Assembly: GCA_964019335.1 (NCBI GenBank)
Contig: OZ025717.1
Coordinates: forward strand, 428,669-492,668
Reading direction: 5' to 3'
Length of the DNA stretch: 64,000 bases
Source of the DNA: Diplonema japonicum
Taxonomy: Eukaryota > Protista > Euglenozoa: Diplonemea
Shown: piece by piece, positions 11,161 through 22,833 of the stretch
How the letters are laid out: every line of letters starts with the position of its first letter
Numbering within the stretch: the first letter of the stretch is position 1
The notes under the pieces: model-generated
Seen by the model: the letters and a program-made list of their open reading frames with translations, nothing else
Databases searched by the model: none
What the model was told of the DNA's origin: nothing
Program-made: the position numbers and the translations under genes

Positions 11161-11528
11161 CCCCCTACAATGTTCTATAATCATTAGCTGCCGCATTACT
11201 AAATCAGGGCCCTCCTTTCCAGAGTTTTCGCCCTTTATTTTACCCCTTTCCTCATGAGAATAAAGCGTTGGAAGGAACGGAAGGACGGTAGAGATAGGTT
11301 TGTAACGGCAACCAAACCCCGTAGGGGGTTTGTGTGAAGGTGAAATCGAACAAAACGTGTGGAGCATCTTAAGTGCTTCGGTCTTGTGGGAGGTCCTGTA
11401 ACAAAGAAATAAAGAACAAAAATCTGTATTAAACTTCCGGATGATGTTACCTTTTCCCCGTAGACAATATCACCATTCGAACCAATCAGCGTACATAGCA
11501 CTACAGGGCTGGGTGGGTGGTGCGGAAA

Positions 11529-13829
11529 ATGACGCACCTGCGGCCTAAGCGCCCAATGACCTGTGAGGAGGTGTTCGGTGCACCCGAGCCTGGGAATGGT
11601 GAGTTGAACCTAGCAGCGCTGCAGAAAGGATTAGGACTGGAAAGGCCATTGGAAGAAAAGGCATTCCTAGAGATTCTCAGAAGGGGAAAAGAAGTTCTGA
11701 GTCAGGAGAGTAACATTTTAAAAATATCCAGTGAAGAAGTAGTGGTGATAGGCCCTGTGCGCGGAAGCTACTACGACATGATCAACATGATGGCCTGCTT
11801 CACAGGCACAAAGGTAGAGAGCGACGATGGGTATACACCCACAGCTGAGGAGCCCTTCACACCTGCTTGCCAAGAGCCCATTACAATCAAGGACAACCAA
11901 GTGTTCTTGTTTATAGGCGATCTCATTGATGGGGGACACCACTCCTCTCAAGTCCTCCTCCTGTTGCTTGCAATAAAGTCCATGCACCCTGATAAGCTAT
12001 ATATCACAAGAGGGAGAAGAGAGAGCAAGACCGACTGGGATGAGAAAGGGCATTCGATACTACTTAGCACGGAGTTGCGAAGAAAGTACCACTTCTGCGA
12101 CCATGAAAAACTGTACACAGAATGCCTGCAAGTCTTCAAAACCTTCCCCATTGCTGGGGTGGTAAACGCAAACTTTTGGTGTGCCAGCGGTGGAATTGGT
12201 CCCGGGATGCAGCACCTGAACAGCATCAACAGGACGGAGGACATAATGAAAAGCTCGCACTTGTGCGACATTGTGTGGTCAGACCCGATGGATGACGAGG
12301 ACGAAGATCTGCAGGCCACGGCGCTCTTCTTACACAACTTCGAGAAGGGATTGGCTTTCAACTACTCATTCAACGCGGTGATGCACTTTCTGCAAGACAA
12401 CAAGCTGAAGGCCATAATAAGAGGCGTCTCATTTACCGACAATAGAGAGACGGCCCTGCAGGTCACGAGGCAGACCCACAACACGACAGGCCGCCCGTGG
12501 CATTTCCAATACAGCTGCTACGACCCTGGATACCGGCTCTTCCGCAAGAGCCCGTTGAACAACTTTCCTGTTGTGATGAGTCTCTTCTCATCACCGTGGT
12601 TCTTGGATGAGAACGAGAACAAAGGCGCTGCCATGCTGATCAAGGATGACCTCGTAGAAGTGAAGCAGTTCACTGCCGCAAGGAGGCCCTATGCATTGCC
12701 CAGGATGGAAGACGGTTTGGAATGGTCTGTACCGATGGTTGCTATGCAAGCCACTCAAGTAGTGGAGGTGTGACCCTTCTATGTAAGAACCCATAAACCC
12801 AACAGGCACTGTGGAACACTATTAGCCCCACGGAGGACAACCCCCTTTATGTTATTAGCAATAAAATAAGGGTATGCCAATCAAAAAAAAAGAAAAAACC
12901 CCTTTTAACCAGAGCAATCACTCTTACGATAAAAAGCGCGCTAAGCTGCTGGGGTTCCAGCGTCTGTGCAAACTGGTAAAGAGAAAGGAGCGGCTGATGG
13001 GGAACACGATGTCCCTCAACGGTCTTGCAGGATTTGTGCAGTCGGAGGTACCCACTAAATTGACGGGGAAACCGCCGGTGTGGTACCAAGTAGAGACGTT
13101 TCCTAGGTTGCTGAAACTGAAGGAGAATTGGATGAAGATACGAGAGGAGGCTGTAAAAGTGTGGGAGGCGAAGAAGATATTGGATTTGCATCGCCCGTCG
13201 GGAGCGTGGGTGGGGCAGAACGCTGACGATTTTGTTGCGCATTACATGCAGCAGGAAGGGTGGATCCCTTCATATCAAGCCAAGTCGGGGAGGGATTACA
13301 AATGGCTGAACTATGGTCTGATGCATAACGGAACAGCATTTAAGGAGAATGCTTTGACGTGCCCCGCCACAACGGCGCTGGTGGAAGAGCTGAACAAGAT
13401 ATCTAAGGTAAGGGTCTGTGGGTTCAGCGCCATGCATGCCAACACGTCGATCAAACCTCATCGTGATCAGGTGTGTTCCGTGAATATAAAGCTTACAACT
13501 TTTACAGGCAGGTGTGGTGGACAACTCATTGGCTTTTCATCTGGGGCTCGTTGTACCTTCTTCAACGGTGTGACAGCGTAAAAAAAGAGACAAATACCCA
13601 CACACATAGGACTGCTACCTGACTGTAAACAACGAAGTTATGCACCACAAAGAAGGCTCCACGATAATCTTCGACTCCACTTACACCCACTCGGCTGATA
13701 ATAAAAGTAACGAGGACAGGATTGTATGAACCCCTTTTTTTAATTCTGTTCCAATAAAAAAAATCGTAGGTGCTTTATGTGGATTTTCAGCTTCATGCTT
13801 CTGATCCCGTTGATAAGTACTGCCTGTAG
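11529..13829 (+). CDS. Calcineurin A-like pseudophosphatase fused to an aspartyl/asparaginyl beta-hydroxylase (2OG-Fe) domain
   Basis: PPP fold (DIVWSDP, LFSSP, NKGAAM) joined in frame via introns 12768-12805 and 12872-12912 to TCPATTAL, FSAMHANTSIKPHRD, FHLGL, IFDSTYTHSADN, RIVLYVDF; exact start uncertain. Confidence 0.8.
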
Positions 13830-14226
13830 AAGCTGGTGATGAAAAAAAAGGAGGGAAATGTGGGTGTGATTTAGTCTCAGGTCTATATCCACTTCCCTAG
13901 ATTTTTATTCCCCCCTCAAAAAAAAGAAGGGGAAAAAGTGACGATTCAAATGAAGGTTTTTTTTTATTCAAGAATTCCCTGTTGTGTAGCCTTTTACAGC
14001 TAGTAACGGTTTTTTGTTTTTAGAGATAAGGGTTCTGAAGGTTTTGTTGTGTGCAAACCTGTAGCTGGTAACCAATACAACCTTCAAATTTTTGTATCCC
14101 GTTCCCCCCCCACCCGTTCATATGTATTTTAAACCCTGCTTTAGTTGATGTTTGGTAATTACCTGTGCTTGTGTTGCATCGAGTCTAGATTTTATATTAG
14201 GAAGGAAAGAGGACACGGTATGCGAA

Positions 14227-15821
14227 ATGGAGCTGGGGCAGCAGCAATATGCTGGCGGCTACCAAGCAATGAAGCAAACCAGAAGCGTGTCACCAGCTAT
14301 TTCAATGGCGCAAAGGAGTAGTTTCGGGTTGCCTCACGCAGTGGATGCAGAGAGGCAGGCTTCTGTTACTCCACTGTCAGAAGTATCTGTTGGGGTGGGC
14401 GGTGGCACTGCCGATAGTCTTAGGCAGCAGGTGATTTCTCAAAGCGAATTGATCAAAGCTCTCTATGAGAAAGTTACTGTGCTGGAGGGCAGACTGGACA
14501 CCCCGAGTGCACCGCCGGCCAGCATGCGCCGTCAGCAGCAACCTCTAACCATGGTCACTGCACCCACGCTACCTCCAATCGTGCAGAGCCTTACCGATCT
14601 GATCAATGACACCCTTGCACCACCTAGTGCTGGGCAGAGGACACCCTCTGGCGCACCACACACCCCAACAGCAGCAGCAACAGCACGGACCATCTACCAA
14701 CAACAACAATACCAGAACTTGAACACGCAGCTGAGCAAGCTGTTGGCCAACGACACGGAGCCCGCTTCGTGGGACTCTCTGGAGCGCGATGTGTCAGCAT
14801 GGAAGGCAAAGATTCATGACCTGTCCACGATCCTGGACACGATGGCAGGCGGTTCAGGTGCAGGTGTAGGTACGGGTAATGTTTCGCAAAACCACATGCT
14901 AAACCAAGGACAGGCCCAGCAGGGAATGGCCACCCAGGGTCGTTTCAGCAGCTATTACACGAACGGCGGTTACGCTAGCGGCTTTAACACAAGCCAAGCA
15001 CCCGTTAACCCTGCTGCAACATCCTTGGCAGTGTCCTCTATCCACTCCAATCTATCCTTTGACGACCCGGGCATGCTCAAGGGGCAGCAGGCGTCACCAG
15101 TTACGTCACCTACTCCTCGCAACCAGTTGGCACGGGACTTAGGTGTGCCATCACAGGCAAGAGAGAAGCTGCAGGTACGAAAGATTTTCTTATTTCTATT
15201 TTGACAGGAACATGCAGAGAAGCTGACCGAGCTGCTAACACCTGAGGAGCCTTCGTGGATCCCTTCGGCACTTCCTTCCACACCTTCCAAAGCACCTCCC
15301 TCACCCACCCCGCTCGCACAACAAGGCAACCCTTCTTCGCAATCATACTCCCCTCGCAAACAGGTTTATGCAAGGCCTAGCCAACACCCTGTGACGCCTA
15401 GCAATCCCCGAAGACCAAGAAAGGAGCAGCTTTCGGCGAAAGGGTCGCCAAGGTATAGTTGTGTTGTATTTCAAACATTTGTTACAGATTGGTGTCGCCA
15501 CCTAGTGGTCGAGGGTCGCCTCATAGCGGTAGAGGGTCACCTTCACCATCTAAAGGACCTTCCTATAGACTGCTGGCCAAAGGAGGTGGCTATCCACAAC
15601 GAGACCACATCATAAAACAAGTTCATGACAGGCTGAGCTACCTGTCACGCCAAATAGGGAATGAGGAGTATCCCGACCAGCCCGGACCAAAGGCACGGAG
15701 CGCTTCTCCTCAATCATCTCCAAGACAGCAGCCGGGCGTGGTGCCCGTGTCGGAGTATGCGTCAGAACAGCAGCTGAAGAGAGTGCAACGGTTCCGAGAA
15801 AGGCGCAGCAAAGGAATGTAG
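14227..15821 (+). CDS. Hypothetical low-complexity/coiled-coil protein (spliced)
   Basis: 350-aa ORF continued through short GT-AG introns near 15175 and 15452; S/P/Q-rich. Confidence 0.65.
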
Positions 15822-15934
15822 TATCTGTTACTTTAGACCTCTTTAGATTGTACGACTAATCTGTTAAAACTCCTTGTTTTGATGAGCTGTTTTACTCAAC
15901 CCTCACAGGTCAGAGTGAGACCACAACAAATAAA

Positions 15935-16873
15935 ATGCAACGAAAGTACACACGTGAATTTCTCGTGTCGCTGCGGGGTGCGAAAGAACTGCCTGAGAGC
16001 TTCTGCGCACCCCCAGATGTGAAGGCGAATACCGTGTCGCAGGTAGTGATGCAGAAAAAGAAGAGCACAAAGAGTAATGGGACGAAAAAGGAAGACTACT
16101 TAAGTGCCGACGAGAGGGCGAAGCTAGAAGAGATCCAGAGGATAGTGAGACAGCAGCAGCATCCTGTGTGGCTGCCGAAGGGGGGTGTGAAAGTAACGGG
16201 ATCTCCTTCGACGTCGCCCAAGCAAGAGAAACAGGAACGAAAACAAATTGATACCCCTGAACCCAAAGCAGTTACACCTAAGAAAAGCAGTGAAGAGACT
16301 TCACCGCAGAAACCACTTAACCCCAATGCAGCGCCGTTCACACCTTCGTCTCCTACGCCCCCACCCCCTCCCGCAGGTAACGAGGACGACGACGATGTGT
16401 GGTCGTCAGAGATTGCGCTCCCACCGATGCCTGCTACAAAGAACAAGAAAGTTGAAGGTGATGAGTGGCGGCTGAAGCAGCGCCAGAAGCAAATCAGAAT
16501 AGGGATTCAGACAGTGGGGTACAAGAACTATTTGAGGTCGAAGGAGATTGGGTTCGAAGTGGACGCAGAACAGCCAAGGATACCAAACGTGTACCAAGTG
16601 TGCAGCAAAAGAGCGTGGGATGGGCAGGTGAGAAGGTGGAGGCAGCTGTTGCACAACTTTGACGAGTTGACCGATGTTCTTTGGAACGAAGATGAAGCAA
16701 AGGATATACACAAGATTACGCAGAAACAGCAGGTGTTCAAAGAAAAGGTACGCAAGCAGCAGTTGCAGACCGAGATTAACGTAATGCGGGAGATTATGAC
16801 GCCTACCACTGACGTCTTGATGGACTGCCAAAACCCACCCGAGGAATGGCCTGTATGGGCGGGCCAGTCGTGA
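15935..16873 (+). CDS. SLBP: Histone mRNA stem-loop binding protein family
   Basis: RLKQRQKQI...GYKNY...PRIPNVYQVCSKRAWDGQVRRWRQLLHNFD matches the SLBP RNA-binding domain. Confidence 0.88.
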   Translation: MQRKYTREFLVSLRGAKELPESFCAPPDVKANTVSQVVMQKKKSTKSNGTKKEDYLSADERAKLEEIQRIVRQQQHPVWLPKGGVKVTGSPSTSPKQEKQERKQIDTPEPKAVTPKKSSEETSPQKPLNPNAAPFTPSSPTPPPPPAGNEDDDDVWSSEIALPPMPATKNKKVEGDEWRLKQRQKQIRIGIQTVGYKNYLRSKEIGFEVDAEQPRIPNVYQVCSKRAWDGQVRRWRQLLHNFDELTDVLWNEDEAKDIHKITQKQQVFKEKVRKQQLQTEINVMREIMTPTTDVLMDCQNPPEEWPVWAGQS

Positions 16874-17695
16874 GTAATGTTTGCGATTAGACATGAGACA
16901 TGAGGCTCGCAGAGCGGGAAGCTCTGTGTTGGAAAGACTCTTAGAAGCCACAAGGGATGGCACTGCAATAGATCAGGTTTCTTAACCAACATTGCCTTGG
17001 GGATAATGGGATAGAAGCACTAATGGAAAAGAAGAAGAAAAAACTAGATTTTTCTCCTAAAGGGGGGGTTTTTTTTTCTCCCCTTTTTTTTTGGTGGGTC
17101 ATTGCACTTTTCCCCATCATGAGCCCAATGGTTTCTTTTTTTTTTTAAACGGGTTTTTGACTTGTCTAAACAAAAGGGGACATGATTTCGGGTAAACTTC
17201 TGCAGGTTTCAGCCCGGCACGTACAAATAATGGCCAGTTCTTCCCTTTTTTTTACCACGTTTTGGGAGTCTTTGTTCGCCTCCTAGTTTTCGTTGTGGAA
17301 AGCCCACACCCCACCCTCTTTTACTTTTCCCACCCTTCCATTACCACCCATCCGTTACGTAGTTTCTTGTGATCATCTTTTTTTTCTCACATCCAACGGA
17401 AGAAAAAATAAAGAAGAAATTGAAGGGACAGTGAATAGGTATGCTCGTACCTCCTCCCCACTCCTTTTTTTTTATCCTATAGTCTTTTGTTAGGCTTCCC
17501 CTTAGGCAAGTTCACTCGATCTCTTTTCCCTTCTTTGATGGATCTTATCCCCCTCCCCCCTCCCCACGTGCAGTATGTGGCTGACGCCTTTATGAATCCC
17601 ACCAACCCGCCCACACTTTATCCGGTTATTTTCATGTTCCACTTTTTTTAAACATCAAGTGAACCTTCTTCAGGGAATTAACTAAATTATCTAAA

Positions 17696-18549
17696 ATGGC
17701 TGACGCACCCAAGCCCGCAGGTAAGTCTGGTGGTTTCGGCAGGGGCCGCAGGGGACGCAGGGGAGGCCGCGGTGGCGAGAAGGCTCCTGAGGAGTGGACT
17801 CCCATCACCAAGCTCGGTCGTCTTGTGAAGGACAACCGTATCCGCAAGATTGAGGAGATCTACCTGCACTCACTCCCCATCAAGGAGGTTCAGATCATCG
17901 ACCACTTCTACTCCAAGGACAAGCCCCTTCAGGATGAGGTGATGAAGATCATGCCTGTGCAGAAGCAGTCCAGCGCTGGTCAGCGTACCAGGTTCAAGGC
18001 CTTCATTGTTGTGGGTGACTCCGACGGCCACATCGGTCTTGGTGTGAAGTGCTCCAAGGAAGTGGCCACCGCCATCAGGTCTGGTCTTATCCTCGCCAAG
18101 CTGTCCCTCATCCCTGTCCGTAGGGGTTACTGGGGTACCAAGCTTGGTGCTCCCCACACCGTGCCCTGCAAGGTGACCGGTAAGTGTGGTTCCGTGCGTG
18201 TTAGGTTGATCCCTGCCCCCAAGGGTACCGGGCTTGTTGGGTCCCCCGTGTCCAAGAAGGTATTCTTATTTTTTTTTTCTTGTAACTTCACACAGCTTCT
18301 CGGTCTCGCTGGTGTCAACGACTGCTTCACCTGCTCCATTGGTCAGACCAAGACTATGGGTAACTTCGTGAAGGCCGTCTTCGCGGCCCTCAACAAGACC
18401 TACGGCTACCTCACCCCTGACCTTTGGTCTGAGACCCGCCTGATGAAGGACCTCTACCAGGTAGCAATTATATCTTATCTTTATTAATACAACAACAGGA
18501 GCACACCGACTTCCTCGCCAACACTGGCGCCAAGGACATCCACGCCTAA
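17696..18549 (+). CDS. RPS2: 40S ribosomal protein S2 (uS5), copy 1
   Basis: RGG N-terminus, [23 protein letters not shown]; introns 18260-18295, 18461-18498. Confidence 0.97.
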
Positions 18550-18662
18550 GCACTAAGTTAGTTCCCCACTTGAATCATTGTGTATCAAGGCATCGTATAG
18601 CGGATTTCCTGTTCTCACTTAACAAAAACATTTCATTCAGTTATCTTAACTAAGAATTTAAA

Positions 18663-19554
18663 ATGGCTGACGCACCCAAGCCCGCAGGTAAGTCTGGTGG
18701 TTTCGGCAGGGGCCGCAGGGGACGCAGGGGAGGCCGCGGTGGCGAGAAGGCTCCTGAGGAGTGGACTCCCATCACCAAGCTCGGTCGTCTTGTGAAGGAC
18801 AACCGTATCCGCAAGATTGAGGAGATCTACCTGCACTCACTCCCCATCAAGGAGGTTCAGATCATCGACCACTTCTACTCCAAGGACAAGCCCCTTCAGG
18901 ATGAGGTGATGAAGATCATGCCTGTGCAGAAGCAGTCCAGCGCTGGTCAGCGTACCAGGTTCAAGGCCTTCATTGTTGTGGGTGACTCCGACGGCCACAT
19001 CGGTCTTGGTGTGAAGTGCTCCAAGGAAGTGGCCACCGCCATCAGGTCTGGTCTTATCCTCGCCAAGCTGTCCCTCATCCCTGTCCGTAGGGGTTACTGG
19101 GGTACCAAGCTTGGTGCTCCCCACACCGTGCCCTGCAAGGTATGCAACTTTCCTCATTTATGACACCATAAAAGGTGACCGGTAAGTGTGGTTCCGTGCG
19201 TGTTAGGTTGATCCCTGCCCCCAAGGGTACCGGGCTTGTTGGGTCCCCTGTCTCTAAGAAGGTATCATTTCTTGTCACTCCATATGTTATTTCTCCACAG
19301 CTTCTCGGTCTCGCTGGTGTCAACGACTGCTTCACCTGCTCCATTGGTCAGACCAAGACTATGGGTAACTTCGTGAAGGCCGTCTTCGCGGCCCTCAACA
19401 AGACCTACGGCTACCTCACCCCTGACCTTTGGTCTGAGACCCGCCTGATGAAGGACCTCTACCAGGTAGCAATTATATCTTATCTTTATTAATACAACAA
19501 CAGGAGCACACCGACTTCCTCGCCAACACTGGCGCCAAGGACATCCACGCCTAA
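18663..19554 (+). CDS. RPS2: 40S ribosomal protein S2 (uS5), copy 2
   Basis: Near-identical exons; introns 19140-19174, 19262-19300, 19466-19503. Confidence 0.97.
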
Positions 19555-19703
19555 GCTGTTTGGTCTTTATCATTTTTTTTGTAGCCATCGGTTTTCTTAG
19601 TTATCTCCCTCCTTTGCCTCGATGCGGGGCCTATCTTCATGTTATTATTGCGGATGTTTTATGAGCCCTAAGCTTAGCTCAGCTACGCATACAGGTTGGT
19701 GTC

Positions 19704-20378
19704 ATGGATGCACGCACAGGAGGTGTGCAGAACGGTGTGTTTCTCACTAATGATGTGTACACCGAGCTTGTGAGAACTTCGGAGAAGTACGCGTCAGTGC
19801 TTGCGTCTGGGAAGCTGCGGGAGCCTGCGGACGAGTCCGCCTTGGGACTGACAACTAAGCTGATGGGATGTGTCTCTCTTGTTGAGATACGAGGCGACAT
19901 CATTTTCAAGCAAAGCAAGCACGTTGCTGGTTCGCAAGGACCACCCAAGAAGCTTCGTGGGCAGGGCGAAGCTTTCCAAGGGGTCCTTCACATTGAACAG
20001 AAGAGGCTTCTGATATTCAGGTCCGCAGAAGGGAGCTCACGATTGGTCCTTCAAATGCCGTTCTGCTCAGCTGATGGCAGTCTACTTGAGGTGCACCAGC
20101 ACCCTTCGTTGCTAGTTCTGTCCGACAACACAAGAGTGGTTGAGATATCGGTGACGAACAAGGATAGCCTTGAGGCTCTGCGTAACACGTTGTTCATGAG
20201 ACTTGCAGCACTGCAGAGTGGGCAAGTGAGATTTGCCCAGTCGCCCGTGAAACCTAGATCGCGAAGTACAGGTAGTGGTTCCCTATTCACACAATCACAA
20301 CAGGCCGCACACCAACCAGAAAGCAGACAAGACGGCAATCACCACCTTTGCCACGTGACGAGACAGGCCGGCCGGTAG
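19704..20378 (+). CDS. Hypothetical protein (possibly PH-like fold)
   Basis: 224-aa ORF with coding-like composition, on the strand of the gene run; 3' end may be spliced. Confidence 0.55.
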   Translation: MDARTGGVQNGVFLTNDVYTELVRTSEKYASVLASGKLREPADESALGLTTKLMGCVSLVEIRGDIIFKQSKHVAGSQGPPKKLRGQGEAFQGVLHIEQKRLLIFRSAEGSSRLVLQMPFCSADGSLLEVHQHPSLLVLSDNTRVVEISVTNKDSLEALRNTLFMRLAALQSGQVRFAQSPVKPRSRSTGSGSLFTQSQQAAHQPESRQDGNHHLCHVTRQAGR

Positions 20379-20505
20379 CGCTGCCCTCTAACCAGGCCTG
20401 TGACCTTTTTTGTTTACACACACTCACACACCTTCAACGTCCGATGTCCAGTCTCCATAGTCCGTCCATCTCACACCTAAGAGGAGGGTAGGGGGTCCTA
20501 ATAAA

Positions 20506-22800
20506 ATGTCCGAACCGCCCAGCAAGAAGCGCGCGTTGGAAGGCGGCAAAGGTTCCCCCGTCGAGCAGGTGACTGGGTTTAAGAATGAAGCAGAGAAGGC
20601 AGAATTTATGGAAGTGGTAGGTCTGTTGCTGGGCAAGGTGCGAGAGGGTATCGATGTGTGGGATGAGCTGATCGAAAAGGGCGCCCAATGGTTCTTCGAC
20701 ACCCTGACCGGGATAAACCTCAGCAAGCTGAATGTGGGCGAGGCTACAGATGTCCTTGTGTTGCTCATTGCTGCGTATGAGAGCCTCGAGAAGGAAGAAG
20801 TAAGGAAGCACTTTCTATCAAGAGCTTCCGTACCTTTGTTCATGTCCCTTTCGAAAGGGAGGCGGGAGCTTGAAATTGCAGGCTTTGCGAAGCTTAAGAA
20901 ACCGTTGGCAAAAATGGAAAAGCAAATTGCAGCGGACCCAGATGCCATGATCGAAGAGAGGACTTACTTCCCAAATTTGGTAGCGTCGTTCCTGGACAGA
21001 CTGGCACAGTGCGAGCAGATGCTAAAGAGTAAAAAGGATAATAACATGGAAGAAGCCTCTATCATCTTGTGCAGCAGGTACTTGGAGTTTTTCTCGGATC
21101 TTTTGAGCCAGATGCCCACGAGAAGATTCCTCCATGCTTACTTCGATGATATTAATCTGTTGACCTACTGCACGACATCTTTCCTGTACCTGTCCGGTGC
21201 CTCCGAGCTGTTCAAAGGTCTCGTCAACCTCTTCGCAGCTGTCATGCAATTCCCTATCGAGAACCAGACTGCCGAAGCTCTAACCGCAAGCGACATCGAA
21301 ACTCAGCATTGTACCAGAGCTATGGTGTTCCAGAGAGTGGCGCATAAAAACTTCCCCGACAAGATGAAGCAGGCGTCCATGTGCAACCTCTCGATGCTCG
21401 ATGAGAAGACACAGCTCACCACTTTCATCGAAAAGCTCAACAACGATGAACTCAGAGAGCTATGCGGGCACCTGTGCATTCAAGACCCTGATATTTCAAG
21501 GAAGGTGAACCTCTCAAGAGGTTTTCTAACCGAAGCATTGGTCTTGCGACACAGCAAGCACCCTGATCACTCTGATCTCAACAAGGTGGCGCTGTACCCA
21601 GACGAGAGTGTGCTCTGGAACACCTCCATGACACCCTCTGAAAGCTATACCGGCAACTCTCCATTGGCACTTCCCAAGCTCAACCTGCAGTTCCTCAGCA
21701 TCCAAGACTATCTCCTGAGGAACTTCAAACTGATCCAGCTGGAGTCTGCTTACGAGATCAAAGAGGACGTTGTTGATGTGGTGACACGCATGGCCCCGGC
21801 GCACGGTCCTGGTGGCTTGCGGTACCAGGGGATGCACAGGATGGCACTGCCTATTTCGTCGATGCAAGTGATCAAGGTAGCACCCCCGCCCATAGGGTTC
21901 ACAAGACCTGCGCATGTGCGCGCGGACGTGCATTACACACTGGGGCGGGTGGCAAGATCATTACAGAATGTGCGGAGTGAATGGGATGCGCTTAGAATGC
22001 ACGATGTGCTGATCTTCGTTACGCTGGGGAGGCCGGAGCCGAACAGCCCCGACGAGAGGCGGCGGCTTGGAGTGGAGACCGTGCGGGGCGGAGAAGTGCT
22101 TGACATCAGAGACGATGACGGGAACGTGGCATCAGGGTACGACACAGGAGTCCGATTGGTGGGGGAGAACAGGCATATTAGAGTGGCCCTGGACCCAGTG
22201 GCTTACCAGAAGGACGCGCACACCGACGAGAAGCTTTACGAAAGATTCCACCTTATGATCCGTAGGAGGCCGCAGGAGAACAACTTCAAAGCCGTGCTCG
22301 ACACCATTAGAGACCTGATGAACCACCCAGCCACGATCCCGGATTGGCTGCATGATGTCTTCTTGGGCTATGGGGATGCTGATGGCGCACATTACAAAAA
22401 TCTCGAAAATCAAGATGAGGACTCTGAAGAAGAAGACGAAAAAGAGGAGCCTGTTATCATCAGATCACCCCGCGCTGCGGAGGAGCACTTCTTATATGAA
22501 TCAGACATCCCTAAGAAGCACGAAATCACCTTTAGCCCGCAGCAGGCAAAAGCCATCACGACAGCGCACCATCCCGGGCTGTCCCTGGTGGTAGGGCCTC
22601 CTGGTATGTAGCCTTTTCATTATCTATAAGCATTGCAGGTACTGGTAAGACAGACGTCGCAGTGCAGATCATCACAAATCTGTACCATAAATACCCCAAC
22701 CAGAATACGTTGATCATCACGCATAGCAATGCTGCTCTGAATGATATCTTCTCAAAAGTGATGTTGAAGGACGTGGACGAGAGGTATGGCAAAGCAGGAA

Positions 22801-22833
<33 letters not shown>

